A stretch of DNA of 63,103 bases, counting the filler, from Acidimicrobiia bacterium (GTDB lineage: Bacteria; Actinomycetota; Acidimicrobiia; Spongiisociales; SHLN01), in assembly GCA_041619515.1 (NCBI GenBank). It is 4 parts of 4 records of this genome, joined end to end, with 100 filler letters (N's around TTAATTAATTAA, not from the genome) between each part and the next. Parts side by side here need not be neighbours in the genome. Positions count along the whole stretch, not along the records: positions 36,335 to 53,624 come from JBFKDW010000068.1; positions 53,725 to 63,103 come from JBFKDW010000094.1; 2 more parts are not named here. One strand, given 5' to 3'. Of the stretch, positions 51,101 to 61,055 are shown one piece after another. A program made the translations under genes and the position numbers. The notes beneath the pieces are model-generated. The model was not told the DNA's origin. It saw nothing but the letters and a program-made list of their open reading frames with translations, and searched no databases. Every line of letters starts with the position of its first letter. Positions within the stretch are counted from its first letter, which is position 1.

Positions 51101-51408
51101 ATCACTGCGTCACCGATGTGCTTGTCGATCGTCCCGCCGTACCGGGTGATGAGCTGATCGAGGCGGCTCCAGACCTTCTCGATCGACGCCCCCACATCCT
51201 CCGGGTCGGAGGGCTCGCTCCATCCGGTGAAGCCGGCGATGTCTGCGAAGAGGACCGTTATGAGCTTGCGCCGCGGCTCGGCAGCCTCGGTCTCGGCGAT
51301 GCTGGACCGCAGCGCTGCAATGGTGGCGTCGACGATCTCGTCGCCCAGTGTTTCCCGAAGTTCTTCTTGGGCGGCGATCGCAGCTTCGATCTGGGCACGC
51401 CGGTCCAT
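48181..51408 (-). CDS. class III adenylate cyclase - AAA ATPase (STAND) - TPR protein
   Basis: FADIAGFT, KHIGDA, GDSVNVASRL; P-loop GEAGFGKS; EDLHWAD; GGNPF; TPRs. Confidence 0.92.
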   Translation of the reverse strand: MDRRAQIEAAIAAQEELRETLGDEIVDATIAALRSSIAETEAAEPRRKLITVLFADIAGFTGWSEPSDPEDVGASIEKVWSRLDQLITRYGGTIDKHIGDAVMAIWGMGVAREDDPENAIRAALAMQEEFREMTAAGQLGQAELGLRIGINTGPVILRAIGTAGEYTALGDSVNVASRLEGAAPIGHVLVGHDTYRHVRGVFTVTERPALLVKGKQAPLRTYVVTGVQPRAFRVETRGIEGIETRMVGRETELAALQELTGAAIETGSARLVTVVGEAGFGKSRLLYEFLDWVQLQRQEVLVLTARSDAQQESTPYALIKDLVFSRFEIKEDEPISEAVAKLETGFGDYGSFGPAPVHRAAHLIGLDMGDSPHVAGIMGDPQQLRDRGEEAIVDLVIAMAERSPVVMLLEDLHWADTASLDLVEQVLGGPPAPVLTVAAARPTLFERRPHWGSGGVRLQLDELSPQATEELIAEVMQRAVEVPADVRRAIVDAAGGNPFYVEELISSMIEEGTIRVVGPEWEIDPPNAKVPRTPPTLTALLQARLDRLPPHERSTLQRASVVGRVFWDESLPLSGEIRSRLEAALQALRSRELVLRHHRSVFHGSQEFSFRHAILRDVTYESVLKSDRRIYHRAVAEWLASKPDSESRAAVVAGHFEAAGSLQAGEWYVRAGTQARLRFANDEALAAYSHALQLGSLDDEAAYEAYDGMGEVLMLSARYPEAVEAHRQMLTLAQGSGDLRSQARALTGILFAEARIGSTAAAMAVAEEAIATVLAMEVPDQKLLAEALRGAGWMALRSGETRAAKKRAQQAVAAAEAAGDRRGVSLSLNLLSLAESTLGNYRAAEAHVETALQIDRELGDRRSEATSLINLGEGARRRGDYKASAARFLESLEIQRELGDRDNEALALSNLGGALVGQGRFAEALESLKPAREAAETAGRLEHLSETRRFLAEAYLGLGDDATALACAVGALVDGREAGNAEQIGHAWRVLGLIAAQRGRPVVVAEDDSSALTADECFARAVAGLAEEDIDRAVTLASWARATRSTDGPRAERLLEEAMGILRPVGLEYLADDPA

Positions 51409-51570
51409 GCCCCATTCTGCCGCAATCGCTCCGTGGTCGGTCCCGCTGCGCCGGCGACGAGGGCTCAACCCGCTGCCCGCCCTCGGCGGGGGAACACTCC
51501 CGGCGGGTTCGAAGGGCAGCCTCGGGCTGATGAATCCGGGGGTAGCTGGCGCCCGGTAGGCTGATCACCC

Positions 51571-51867
51571 ATGGGACAGATCATCAAGGTGCACGGGACG
51601 GTGGCCGGCGATTCGGCGATCTTCGAAGCAGACCGCAGCCTGTCGGGCCAGGATGGCGGCGCGTATGAGTCTCTCGAGGAGACTGCCGGCGACGCCACGT
51701 TCCCTGCCCGTCTGGCGGCTCGTGTGTTCGAAGAGGACCCGTCCGTCAACCGCGTGTTCGCCGGCTCCAACGGCGTTATCGTTCGCCGCACCGGTGGCTG
51801 GAGCGACGGTGATGTGGCCCGGGTCGGGTCGGTCATCGAAGAGTTCTTCGTCTTCTACCGGTCTTGA
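51571..51867 (+). CDS. small protein, NifU/Nfu N-terminal-like domain
   Basis: LAARVF…VNRVFAGSNGVIVRR…W pattern; TAGGCT 8 nt before ATG. Confidence 0.65.
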   Translation: MGQIIKVHGTVAGDSAIFEADRSLSGQDGGAYESLEETAGDATFPARLAARVFEEDPSVNRVFAGSNGVIVRRTGGWSDGDVARVGSVIEEFFVFYRS

Positions 51868-51904
51868 CTCCGGGGACCCCGCGTTCTCGCCAACACTTCC
51901 TTGT

Positions 51905-53623
51905 TCACGGAGCAGTCGTCGCGGTCGTGGGCGGGCTGGTTGTTGTCGCCGTGGTGCTGGTTGACGTCGTGCTAGGCGGGGGAAGGGTGGTCGTTGTCGG
52001 GCAGGTCACGCTTGCACCCGGCACTTCGCACGGATGCACCTTGACGCGGCGGGGCTGGGGCCGGTAGGTCCAATCCCACTCTTCGGTCTTCTCGGATCCG
52101 TCGGCGTAGGTGATCACCCGGGTGAGGGTCACCGTCCAGCCGGTGGTTCCGCGATCCAGGACCACTTCGGTGCCGGGGGTGACCCCGGAGTCGGGCTCGT
52201 ACTCGATGGCCGGGTTGCGAAAGGCACGGCGGGGAGAGAGGGCGTCGGTGACCCGGCGCCCCTCGTTGTCACCGAAGAACTTCACCGTGATCGACTCGTC
52301 GGTGTATTCGGTGCGGATCAGCACGGCTGCCGCCGTGTCGTTGCGAAAGATCAGCTCGGGATTGGGGAACGACACGGTCGCCTCCCGGGCCTCCGGATAG
52401 CGGCTGAAGTAGTAGCTGTGAGGCTGATGGAACACGTCCTCATACCCGCCGTAGAAGATCGCATTGAACAGCGTCGTCGCGAACTGGCTGACGCCGCCCC
52501 CCACCGACGGAACGAACTCACCCCGCAGAATCATGGGGGCCTCGACGAACCCGTTCTCGACCGTGCGCATGCCTACGTGCTCGTTGAGCGAGAACTCCTC
52601 GCCGGGCAGGACGATCACACCGTCAACGAGGTCGGCCATGCGCTGGATGTTGGTGACCCGGGGCTGGCAGCAGGGGTGGAACGTCGTGAACTCGGAGACC
52701 TTGCCGACGATTCCGAGGGCTTCGGCGTCCTCGGTCGTGAAGTCGGGCTCGACCCCCCGGGCAAAGGGGAGCGGAGCCGTGCGATCAGGAAGAAATGCTG
52801 CCACCTCCAGCTGGGCGGCAATCAGCTCGGCATCGACCGCTGTTCCCGATCGGCCCGGCACGATGACGACCTCGTCGTCCTCGGTTACCACGAATTCGGC
52901 GTCCCGGGGTGGAGCCTCCAGCAGCGACACCAGCGAAGCGACCTTTTCGGCTACTCGCACCGGATCGAATCCGAGAGCGATGGCAGGCTCGGGCTCGGTT
53001 ACGAAGGTCGAGGCGAGGGCGTTTCCGAGATCGTCGCGGGTGAAGGTGATGCGCACCACCGGCTCCCCGCCTTCGAGGATGATTGGTTCCGAGACCAGTG
53101 TCAGGGCCGTTTCCCGCGCTCGTTCGACGTCAGACGCGTCCAGCTCGGGCATGGCCTCGACCACGTCGAGTACGGCGGTGCGGCCCTCCCGCTCGAGGAT
53201 TGCTGCGAGGACGAGATCAGGAGCCGATTCCCGTTCCACCCTCCGGCCCGTTCGGGGGAGGTCGGCGATCACTGTGCCGTTCTCATATCGAATGGCACCG
53301 TTGAAGGCGGGCTCCCGGATCCCTTCGGCTTCCCACCCGTCGATGAGCTGCATGACGGCGGTCGTGCTCAGGCGGCCGGTCGGCTCGACCTCGTATCGAC
53401 GGGAGGTGACCCAGTCGGCGAACTGCTGAAAGCCGGACCGGCGGCCGGCGTCGAAGGCGGCGTCCACGATCGCCCCGGTGTCGAGGGTGAACTCGACCTG
53501 GGCGGGATCAAGCGGAAAGCTGGTCCCCTCGATGACAACGGCGGCCGCCGACGTGGTGAGATCGTCTTCGATGGCCAAGACCGCCTGGGTGGCGTCCTCA
53601 CGCCCGAGCCGGCCGAGGTCGAC
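51905..53623 (-). CDS. VanW family protein with peptidoglycan-binding repeats (5' truncated)
   Basis: FSLNEHVG, GGGVSQFATTLFNA, HSYYFSRYP…EATV; G5-like end and Thr tail. Confidence 0.9.
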   Translation of the reverse strand, partial: VDLGRLGREDATQAVLAIEDDLTTSAAAVVIEGTSFPLDPAQVEFTLDTGAIVDAAFDAGRRSGFQQFADWVTSRRYEVEPTGRLSTTAVMQLIDGWEAEGIREPAFNGAIRYENGTVIADLPRTGRRVERESAPDLVLAAILEREGRTAVLDVVEAMPELDASDVERARETALTLVSEPIILEGGEPVVRITFTRDDLGNALASTFVTEPEPAIALGFDPVRVAEKVASLVSLLEAPPRDAEFVVTEDDEVVIVPGRSGTAVDAELIAAQLEVAAFLPDRTAPLPFARGVEPDFTTEDAEALGIVGKVSEFTTFHPCCQPRVTNIQRMADLVDGVIVLPGEEFSLNEHVGMRTVENGFVEAPMILRGEFVPSVGGGVSQFATTLFNAIFYGGYEDVFHQPHSYYFSRYPEAREATVSFPNPELIFRNDTAAAVLIRTEYTDESITVKFFGDNEGRRVTDALSPRRAFRNPAIEYEPDSGVTPGTEVVLDRGTTGWTVTLTRVITYADGSEKTEEWDWTYRPQPRRVKVHPCEVPGASVTCPTTTTLPPPSTTSTSTTATTTSPPTTATTAP

Positions 53624-53624
53624 A

Positions 53625-53724
53625 NNNNNNNNNNNNNNNNNNNNNNNNNNNNNNNNNNNNNNNNNNNNTTAATTAATTAANNNNNNNNNNNNNNNNNNNN
53701 NNNNNNNNNNNNNNNNNNNNNNNN
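53625..53724. other. assembly linker / contig join
   Basis: N-run with TTAATTAATTAA. Confidence 0.99.
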
Positions 53725-54042
53725 CCCGAGATCGTCTCCCGACGTGGAGGCGGCGTACACCGCAGCCCGGCTCCCCGAATCGTTGTGCAGCCACAGCACG
53801 CCGGGGTGGGCGCGACTGAGCACTGCCCCCGAGATCTCGTCCAGTTCGGGCGATGCGATCGACCCAACCGTCTCGCCCTCGGACCGATCGGCACAAAACG
53901 GGGGCCGGGCCGGGACCACGGTGGACGGAGCCGTGGTTGCCCCCGCCGAGGGGCCGGGACGGGTGCCGGTGCCCACGCCGTCGCTGCAGGCGGAGGCGGC
54001 CAGGCATATCCCGACGGCAACGAGCACAGACCGACACGACAT
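53725..54042 (-). CDS. lipoprotein, probable beta-propeller (3' truncated)
   Basis: Lipobox ASAC; ELDEISG…PGVLWLHNDSG. Confidence 0.75.
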
Positions 54043-54084
54043 GGGGAGCCAGCCTATCGGTGGCTCGGCGATGGGTTGTCCCGG

Positions 54085-56424
54085 CTACTGCGAGCGCTCC
54101 TTGACCAGCTTGGCGATGTCCAGCCGCCCGATCGCCCGCAGCCCCGGCCATTGCGACACGAGCGCCACGACCAGAATGGCCGCGCTCGAAATGGCGAGGG
54201 TGCTCGGACGGATGAAGAGGGTGAAGGTGAACAGGTCGCTCTGGAATGAGGCGATGGCCTGCTGAGCCGCCAGATATCCGGCACCGAGCCCGAGCGGAAT
54301 GCCGACCAGGGCAACGATCATGTTCTCGGCCGTGATCATGCGGCTGATCTGCCGCCGCCCGGTTCCGACGGCAAGCAGGGTTGCGACTTCCCGGGTGCGC
54401 TCGGCGATATTGACCGACATGGCGCTGAAGATGAGGGCAAACGCCATGGCTCCGCCGAACACGAGCATGACGCCGACGAAGAGGTAGAAGAAGACCATGT
54501 ACCGCTGTGCCGTGGCATAGAGCGCCCTGGCGTCCTCGAAGGCAGCAACCTCCGGGCGGGCCACGAGGCTGGCTCGAACCGAGTCGACCGTGGCGTCCTC
54601 CTGGTATCGAATGAGGGCCGCCGTCACCGGAAGCGCCCCACCTGCCTGCAGCTCGAGATAGGTGCGAGAGGCATATGCCACCGTGCCGAGCGGTTCATCG
54701 ACGAATCCGGCGATGCGCGACTCGACAACGGTCCCGGCCACCGTCAGCTGTACCGGCGCTCCGGCCTCGACGCCGAGAATGCTCCCGGCTGATCTCCCCA
54801 GCAGCAGGCCATCGTTCGTCAGCTGCAGTTCTTCGCCACCTGCCCCGAAGAAGCGATGCATCGTGGTGTTCGGTTCGAGCCCGACCAGGACCGTCTCGTA
54901 CCGTCCCCCGGCTGACAGCACGACGGGCGTCTGGAGCACCGGCTCGGAGCCGGCGATGCCGGCGATCGACTCGAGGGCTGCCACATCGGCCGGTGTCGCT
55001 GTGCCCGCGAAGTAGACGGTGGCGTCCTCCTGCTGAATCTGCACGAACTGGCGGTCCATGAGGCGGACGATCGTGTCGAGCATCCCCCACGAGACCAGAA
55101 CCAGGGTCAGGGACAGCACCACTCCGAGAACCGTGAAGGCGGTGCGGCGCGGGTTGCGCTCGATTCCCCGCAGGGCCATGCGCCACGGGATCGGCAGCCG
55201 GCGCAGGGGGGGAACGGCGCGCTCGGGAAGGCTGGCTCGGCCGCTGCCTGCCGGGGCGACCCCCCGCATGGCCTCGGCCGGTGCGGTTCGGGAGGCGAGC
55301 AGGGCGGGTGCGATGACGGCCAGCACGCTCATGGCGAGGCCCACTCCCACCCCCGCCAGCAGCGTGGTGGGATAGAACTGGACGAGGGTGACCGGCACAG
55401 ACAGCATGGCGGTGTACAGACCGGTGATGACCCGCGCCAGCAGCACTCCGGTGATCGCGCCGGGGATGGCGCCGGCCAGGCCGGGCACGATCCCGTACCC
55501 GAGGTAATGGGTGAGCACTCGCCGGCGGGTGAAGCCGTTGGCGAGGAGGACACCGATGTGGGGCCGCTGGGCGTGAACCATGCGACTGATCATCACGTAG
55601 GTGGCCAGGGCGGCCGCCGTCAGAAACAGGGTTGGAAAGAACACCGCCAGCTCCTCGAACCCTTTGAGGTCTTCACTCAGGGCGGCGTTGGACGGCTGTT
55701 GGGCACGAGTGATCGTCGAGGTGGCATCGGCGGCTGCCGCCTGTGCCAGGAGCGCCTCCGAGAGGGCCGGATCGTCGGCTCCGTCTGCGTAATAGACAAC
55801 GGCCTCGGTCGGCCCGAATCCGAGCAGTCGGGCGGCGGACTCCTCGGAGGTGAAGACCACTCCAAAGTTGTCGGGCGAGGTGAGCAGATCCTGGCGGTCG
55901 CGGGCCGGCCAGATGTACTCCGGCGAGGAGGCAACCCCGCTCACGCGGGCCGGTTCCCAGCCGGAGGAGCCGAGGACCTCGATCGTGTCTCCTGCGCCGA
56001 GGCCGAAGTGATCGGCCATGTGCTCCTCGAGCAGGACCGCCATCGTGCCGGGCTCCGGGCCAACTCCGCCGGTGATCCTCACCTGGTTGACCGCCGTGTC
56101 GGAAGGCATCCCCACCACGCGTCCGAGCAGTTTGAGCGCCCCCACCCGGAGGGGAACGTCGGCCACCGTACGGAGCTCCACCGACTCGACGCCCGGCTGG
56201 GCCCGCGCGGATGTGGCGAACCCGGTGACGTCGCCGCCTGCCACCGTCAGGTTGGCGAAGCGGAAATCCGTGAAGGTGCTCTCGTAGGAAGCCGTGAGGT
56301 TGCGGTAGGAGTCGTAGGAGGCGGCGAACATCGCCACTCCGAGGAAGATCGTGACGATCACCGCCGTGAACTGGGCCCGTTGGGCTCGCAGGTCCCGCAG
56401 CAGCTTGTGCCAGAGCGGGCTCAC
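54085..56424 (-). CDS. ABC exporter permease, double MacB/FtsX type
   Basis: Two FtsX-like TM modules; ERTREVATL. Confidence 0.9.
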   Translation of the reverse strand: MSPLWHKLLRDLRAQRAQFTAVIVTIFLGVAMFAASYDSYRNLTASYESTFTDFRFANLTVAGGDVTGFATSARAQPGVESVELRTVADVPLRVGALKLLGRVVGMPSDTAVNQVRITGGVGPEPGTMAVLLEEHMADHFGLGAGDTIEVLGSSGWEPARVSGVASSPEYIWPARDRQDLLTSPDNFGVVFTSEESAARLLGFGPTEAVVYYADGADDPALSEALLAQAAAADATSTITRAQQPSNAALSEDLKGFEELAVFFPTLFLTAAALATYVMISRMVHAQRPHIGVLLANGFTRRRVLTHYLGYGIVPGLAGAIPGAITGVLLARVITGLYTAMLSVPVTLVQFYPTTLLAGVGVGLAMSVLAVIAPALLASRTAPAEAMRGVAPAGSGRASLPERAVPPLRRLPIPWRMALRGIERNPRRTAFTVLGVVLSLTLVLVSWGMLDTIVRLMDRQFVQIQQEDATVYFAGTATPADVAALESIAGIAGSEPVLQTPVVLSAGGRYETVLVGLEPNTTMHRFFGAGGEELQLTNDGLLLGRSAGSILGVEAGAPVQLTVAGTVVESRIAGFVDEPLGTVAYASRTYLELQAGGALPVTAALIRYQEDATVDSVRASLVARPEVAAFEDARALYATAQRYMVFFYLFVGVMLVFGGAMAFALIFSAMSVNIAERTREVATLLAVGTGRRQISRMITAENMIVALVGIPLGLGAGYLAAQQAIASFQSDLFTFTLFIRPSTLAISSAAILVVALVSQWPGLRAIGRLDIAKLVKERSQ

Positions 56425-57125
56425 CAGATCAGCTCCCCGGCGTCGATCGGGTCGGAATTGTGCCGGTCTTCGACGATCTCGCCCGATCGGAGCCGCAGCA
56501 CCCGGTCGGCCATCTCTCCGATGGCGGCGTTGTGGGTCACGAGCAGGATGGTCTGGCCCCGGCTGCGGTTCAGGTGGCGCAGCAGTCCGAGGATGTGTCG
56601 ACCGGTCTCGAAGTCGAGCTCACCCGTGGGCTCATCACACAGCAGCAGGGGCGGGGATTTGGCAAGCGCGCGGGCGATGGCCACCCGCTGTTGCTCACCG
56701 CCGGACAGCATGGCCGGGAAGTGATCGAGGCGGTCACCCAGCCCGACCTGTGTGAGCACCTCCTCCGCCCGTCCCGCCCCGTCGGACATCGTGAGGTTGG
56801 CGACCAGCTCGACGTTCTCGGCGGCGGTCAGGGTGGGGATCAGGTTGAAGAACTGGAACACAAACCCGACCTGTGTCCGCCGGAATGCGGTTCGTTCGTC
56901 GGCGGTGAGCCCGGCGAGCTTGGTGTCTTCGACGACCAGGTCGCCGGCGGTGACTTCGTCGATGCCACCGATGAGGTTCAGCATCGTGGTCTTGCCCGAG
57001 CCGCTCGGTCCCAGGATGACGGTGAACTCGCCGGAAGGGATTTCGGTGTTGACTCCGGCGAGGGCATGCACCGCAGTCGGTCCCTGCCCGTAGGTCTTCC
57101 AGACATTCATGAGCGACACCGTCAT
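56421..57125 (-). CDS. ABC transporter ATP-binding protein (LolD/MacB type)
   Basis: GPSGSGKT, LSGGEQQRVAIARAL, DEPTG. Confidence 0.94.
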   Translation of the reverse strand: MTVSLMNVWKTYGQGPTAVHALAGVNTEIPSGEFTVILGPSGSGKTTMLNLIGGIDEVTAGDLVVEDTKLAGLTADERTAFRRTQVGFVFQFFNLIPTLTAAENVELVANLTMSDGAGRAEEVLTQVGLGDRLDHFPAMLSGGEQQRVAIARALAKSPPLLLCDEPTGELDFETGRHILGLLRHLNRSRGQTILLVTHNAAIGEMADRVLRLRSGEIVEDRHNSDPIDAGELIW

Positions 57126-57745
57126 GGCGTGTCCCTTTCTCGGGTGAGTCCTGCAAACGCAATCTCGATCTGGCGGGCGACGGCCCGGCGGAGCGTGGCC
57201 GGCTTCATGCCATCCACCGAGACGTACCTGATGAGCTGGGTGGCCAGCAGTGAGAACAGCAGTGTGGCCGCCTCCTCGACCTCGACGTCCCGGCGGAGCT
57301 CTCCCGAGACGAAGAAGTGCGTCAGCAGGGAGTCCAGCTGGTCGGCGAGCAGCTCGTCGAGGCGGATGAGCTCGGGCAGAACGTCGGACGACGGCCCGAA
57401 TCCCGCCGCGAACACCTCGCGCAGCAGGTGGCGGTCGAGGTGGAGGAGCTGGTCCAGGTAGACCCCGGCCAGCGACTGGACCGCTGTCACCGCGGCGGCG
57501 GGAGGGGCGGCGAGGACAGCTGCGCCCGCCTCCATCATGTCGGCCACCTCCGATTCGAGGTGAGCCAGCAAGACCGTGTTCTTCGTTCCGAAGTAGTTGT
57601 AGAGCGTGCCGACCGACACATCGCTGGCGGCGGCGATCTCCTCCATCGTGGTGGCCTGGAATCCGTGGGCGGCAAAGAGCCGCCCTGCTTCCTCAACGAT
57701 GGTTTGCCGGGTCTGTTGCTTCTTTCGCTCTCGGAGACCCGTCAC
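57122..57745 (-). CDS. TetR/AcrR family regulator
   Basis: GLRERKKQQTR…TMEEIA…TLYNYFGTK. Confidence 0.93.
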   Translation of the reverse strand: MTGLRERKKQQTRQTIVEEAGRLFAAHGFQATTMEEIAAASDVSVGTLYNYFGTKNTVLLAHLESEVADMMEAGAAVLAAPPAAAVTAVQSLAGVYLDQLLHLDRHLLREVFAAGFGPSSDVLPELIRLDELLADQLDSLLTHFFVSGELRRDVEVEEAATLLFSLLATQLIRYVSVDGMKPATLRRAVARQIEIAFAGLTRERDTP

Positions 57746-57763
57746 GCCCAGCCTCTTTTCATA

Positions 57764-57789
57764 TAGTTACTTTATTTTTCTAGTAACTA
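57764..57789. promoter_or_regulatory. putative TetR operator
   Basis: TAGTTACT-N10-AGTAACTA inverted repeat in an AT-rich patch just upstream of tetR. Confidence 0.7.
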
Positions 57790-57883
57790 CAACAATAGGG
57801 CATTTCGGCTCTGAATCCCCGCCTCGGCCTGCACGGGAGCTCGAAGGTCGGTACTCTCGCGGCTTCTTCAAGCGGGAGGCGAA

Positions 57884-59251
57884 ATGGCCGAGTACACCAA
57901 GATCATGCTCGACGAGTCGGAGATCCCGACGCAGTGGTACAACATCATTCCCGACCTTCCGTCGCCGCCGCCGCCGCCGCTGCACCCGGCGACCCACGAG
58001 CCGATCGGCCCCGACGACCTGGCGCCGCTGTTTCCCATGGAGCTGATCGGCCAGGAGGTGAGCCAGGAGCGCTTCGTGGACATACCCGGCGAGGTGCTCG
58101 ACGTGTACCGGCTGTGGCGGCCGACCCCGCTCTATCGAGCGCACCGGCTCGAGAAACTGCTCGATACCCCCGCCAAGATCTTCTACAAGTACGAGGGCAC
58201 CAGCCCCGCCGGATCCCACAAGCCCAATACCGCCGTTCCCCAGGCCTACTACAACGCCAAGCAGGGAGTGAAGAAGCTCACCACCGAGACCGGAGCCGGC
58301 CAGTGGGGGTCGGCATTGGCCTTCGCCTGCGCCCAATTCGGGCTGGAATGCGAGGTGTGGCAGGTGCGGGCGTCATACGACCAGAAGCCGGATCGCAAGA
58401 CGATGATGGAGGTGTGGGGCGCCACCGTGCATCCCAGCCCGTCTGACGTCACCGAAGCCGGCCGTCAGATACTGGGGCTCGATCCCGATTCGCCCGGCAG
58501 CCTGGGAATTGCGATCTCAGAAGCGGTCATGCGAGCCGCCCCCGACCCGGATGCCAAATACGCCCTCGGGTCGGTTCTCAACCATGTCCTCATGCATCAG
58601 ACCGTGATCGGCGAGGAGGCGCTCAAGCAGATGGAGAAGGTGGGCGAGACGCCCGACCTGCTCGTCGGATGCACGGGCGGCGGGTCCAACTTCGGGGGGC
58701 TCTCGTTTCCCTTCTTGCGCGAGAAACTGGCCGGCAAGATCAACCCCACCATCCGGTGTGTTGAGCCGGCATCCTGTCCGTCACTGACCAAAGGCGAGTA
58801 CCGGTACGACTTCGGCGACACCATCGGCATGACTCCGCTCGTCAAGATGCACACACTCGGTCACGATTTCATCCCCGACCCCATTCACGCCGGCGGGCTT
58901 CGGTACCACGGGATGGCGCCGCTGGTTTCCCACATCTACGAGCTCGGTTTGCTCGAAGCCGAGGCGATTCACCAGACCGAGTGCTTCGACGGAGCTATCA
59001 CATTCGCAAGGACCGAGGGCATCGTGCCGGCTCCCGAGCCCACGCACGCCATCGCGGCGATGATCCGGGAAGCGCTCCGTTGCCGCGAGTCGGGAGAGAG
59101 CAAGACGATCCTCACCGCTCTCTGCGGGCACGGGCACTTCGACCTCCGGTCCTACGAGGCGTATCTGGCGGGGGAGCTCACCGACTACGAGTACCCGGCC
59201 GAGAAGGTCGCAGCCTCGATGGCGCGGGTCCCCGTGATCGCCGGAGCCTGA
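57884..59251 (+). CDS. trpB2: TrpB-like PLP enzyme (TrpB2)
   Basis: [38 protein letters not shown]. Confidence 0.93.
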   Translation: MAEYTKIMLDESEIPTQWYNIIPDLPSPPPPPLHPATHEPIGPDDLAPLFPMELIGQEVSQERFVDIPGEVLDVYRLWRPTPLYRAHRLEKLLDTPAKIFYKYEGTSPAGSHKPNTAVPQAYYNAKQGVKKLTTETGAGQWGSALAFACAQFGLECEVWQVRASYDQKPDRKTMMEVWGATVHPSPSDVTEAGRQILGLDPDSPGSLGIAISEAVMRAAPDPDAKYALGSVLNHVLMHQTVIGEEALKQMEKVGETPDLLVGCTGGGSNFGGLSFPFLREKLAGKINPTIRCVEPASCPSLTKGEYRYDFGDTIGMTPLVKMHTLGHDFIPDPIHAGGLRYHGMAPLVSHIYELGLLEAEAIHQTECFDGAITFARTEGIVPAPEPTHAIAAMIREALRCRESGESKTILTALCGHGHFDLRSYEAYLAGELTDYEYPAEKVAASMARVPVIAGA

Positions 59252-59306
59252 CCCGCGAGCCCCGGCGGCGCTCGATACCCGGCCGGCCTGTTCCGGAGGA
59301 AGGCGC

Positions 59307-59939
59307 TCACGGCTCGAGACGGCCGCGGCGCGCCTCGACCAGTGTCACCCGGCTGGTTTCAGGAACCTCCACCACGTCGCGGCGGGACAGGACCCGGTGG
59401 ATCGTCTGGAGGAGAATGGATAGGTCGAGCCCGATGCCGGCGGTCTCGACATAGCGGACATCGAGCTCCAGTCGCTCATCCCAGGACAGCCGGTTGCGGC
59501 CGCTCACCTGCGCCAGGCCGGTGATTCCCGGCCGCACCTCGTGGCGCCGGCGCTCTCGATCTGAGTAGTACGGCAAGTAGTGTCGATAGAGCGGCCGGGG
59601 ACCCACGAGAGACATCTCGCCGTTCAGGACGTTCCACAACTGGGGAAGCTCGTCGAGGCTGTACATGCGGAGGAATCGGCCGAGCGCGGTCACCCGATCG
59701 GCATCGGGCAGCAGGCGGCCCCGGCCGTCGGTGGCGCCCGTCATCGACCGGAATTTCAAAAGCTGGAAGGCCCGTTCCCCCCGGCCGACCCGTTCTTGTC
59801 GAAACAGGACCGGGGAGCCGAGCCGGAGCCGGACGAGAACCGCGACGACTGCCAGCACGGGGGCCAGGAGCACGCAGAGCACGATGGCAAGAAACCGATC
59901 GATTGCGGGCTTTCCGTAGGTCCTGTACAGCCGGTTCAC
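59307..59939 (-). CDS. bacterial sugar transferase (PglC/EpsL-like phosphoglycosyltransferase)
   Basis: KFRSM, SLDELPQLWNVL.GEMSLVGPRP, PGITGLAQVSGR; start approximate. Confidence 0.9.
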   Translation of the reverse strand: MNRLYRTYGKPAIDRFLAIVLCVLLAPVLAVVAVLVRLRLGSPVLFRQERVGRGERAFQLLKFRSMTGATDGRGRLLPDADRVTALGRFLRMYSLDELPQLWNVLNGEMSLVGPRPLYRHYLPYYSDRERRRHEVRPGITGLAQVSGRNRLSWDERLELDVRYVETAGIGLDLSILLQTIHRVLSRRDVVEVPETSRVTLVEARRGRLEP

Positions 59940-59961
59940 AGTCGCCACCCTGTTGGCCGCC

Positions 59962-60969
59962 TCAGGCGGCCGGGGTGCCTTCACGAGACGCCGAGCGAGA
60001 GACGACGTCCTCCAGCAGCCGCGTGCAGGCGAGCACGGCCTCGATCGAAGGAGTCGGCACCCCGGTGATCGTGCCCAGCTCGATGATGGATTCGACGAGC
60101 GCCGCCAGCTCGAGCTGGACTCCCGACTCGAGGTCCTGGAGCATCGACGTCTTGTGAGCTCCCACCCGTTCGGCGCCCTGAATGCGTTCATCTATCGTTC
60201 GTCGGAAGGTGATCCCGAGCGCATGGGCAACGGCCTCGGCTTCCTCCATCATCGTGCGGGCAAGCGAGCGTGTTAGGGGGAATTGGCAGATCTCCTCCAT
60301 GGTCGCCCGGGTGAGCGCCGAGATCGGGTTGAAAGACAGCGATCCCCACGCCTTCAGCCAGAGTTCCGCCCGCACGTCAGTGAGGACTCGTGATCGAAGC
60401 CCTGCCGCTGTGAACCGGTCGGCAATGTCGCGAACCCGGTCGGTTTCGAGACCATCGAGCTCCCCGACGGGAAACCGGTCGCCCTCGACGTGTCGAATCA
60501 CGCCGGGCAAGCGCTTCTCGGCGGCGGCGTAGACCACGCAGCCGATGATGCGCTCCGGCGGGATGCCGGCTGCGATGGTTCCCGAAGGATCGAGTGACTG
60601 GAGGCGCCGGCCTTCCAACTCGCCTCCGTGCCGATTGAAATACCACCAGGGGATGCCGTTTTGGACGGTGAGCACAACCGTGTCCCGCTCGTACAGGTGT
60701 GGGAGCTCGGAGGCAACCGTCTCGATGTGGTGAGCCTTCACCGCGAGGATGACGAGATCCTGGCCCCCGGCGGAGCTTATCGAGTCGGAAGCGTGAACAT
60801 CAGTGACCCGGTGTTCTTCGCCGTCACGATCCACGACGTGCAGGCCGCTGCTGCGGATGGCGGCCAGATGCTCACCCTGATCGATGAGGGTTACCTGTTC
60901 GCCCGACTGCGCGAGCATGCCACCCATGAGGCCCCCGACCGCGCCGGCGCCGACGACACAGACTCTCAC
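59962..60969 (-). CDS. panE: 2-dehydropantoate 2-reductase family protein
   Basis: GAGAVG, AVK, QNG, WLK, KTSMLQD. Confidence 0.88.
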   Translation of the reverse strand: MRVCVVGAGAVGGLMGGMLAQSGEQVTLIDQGEHLAAIRSSGLHVVDRDGEEHRVTDVHASDSISSAGGQDLVILAVKAHHIETVASELPHLYERDTVVLTVQNGIPWWYFNRHGGELEGRRLQSLDPSGTIAAGIPPERIIGCVVYAAAEKRLPGVIRHVEGDRFPVGELDGLETDRVRDIADRFTAAGLRSRVLTDVRAELWLKAWGSLSFNPISALTRATMEEICQFPLTRSLARTMMEEAEAVAHALGITFRRTIDERIQGAERVGAHKTSMLQDLESGVQLELAALVESIIELGTITGVPTPSIEAVLACTRLLEDVVSRSASREGTPAA

Positions 60970-61055
60970 GCCGGGAACGTCTCGAAAACGAAAATGGTCA
61001 AGAAGCCCTTGCTCTTCGGCTGGCTTCGAGCCTAGCGAACCTCGAAATCCTCCAG

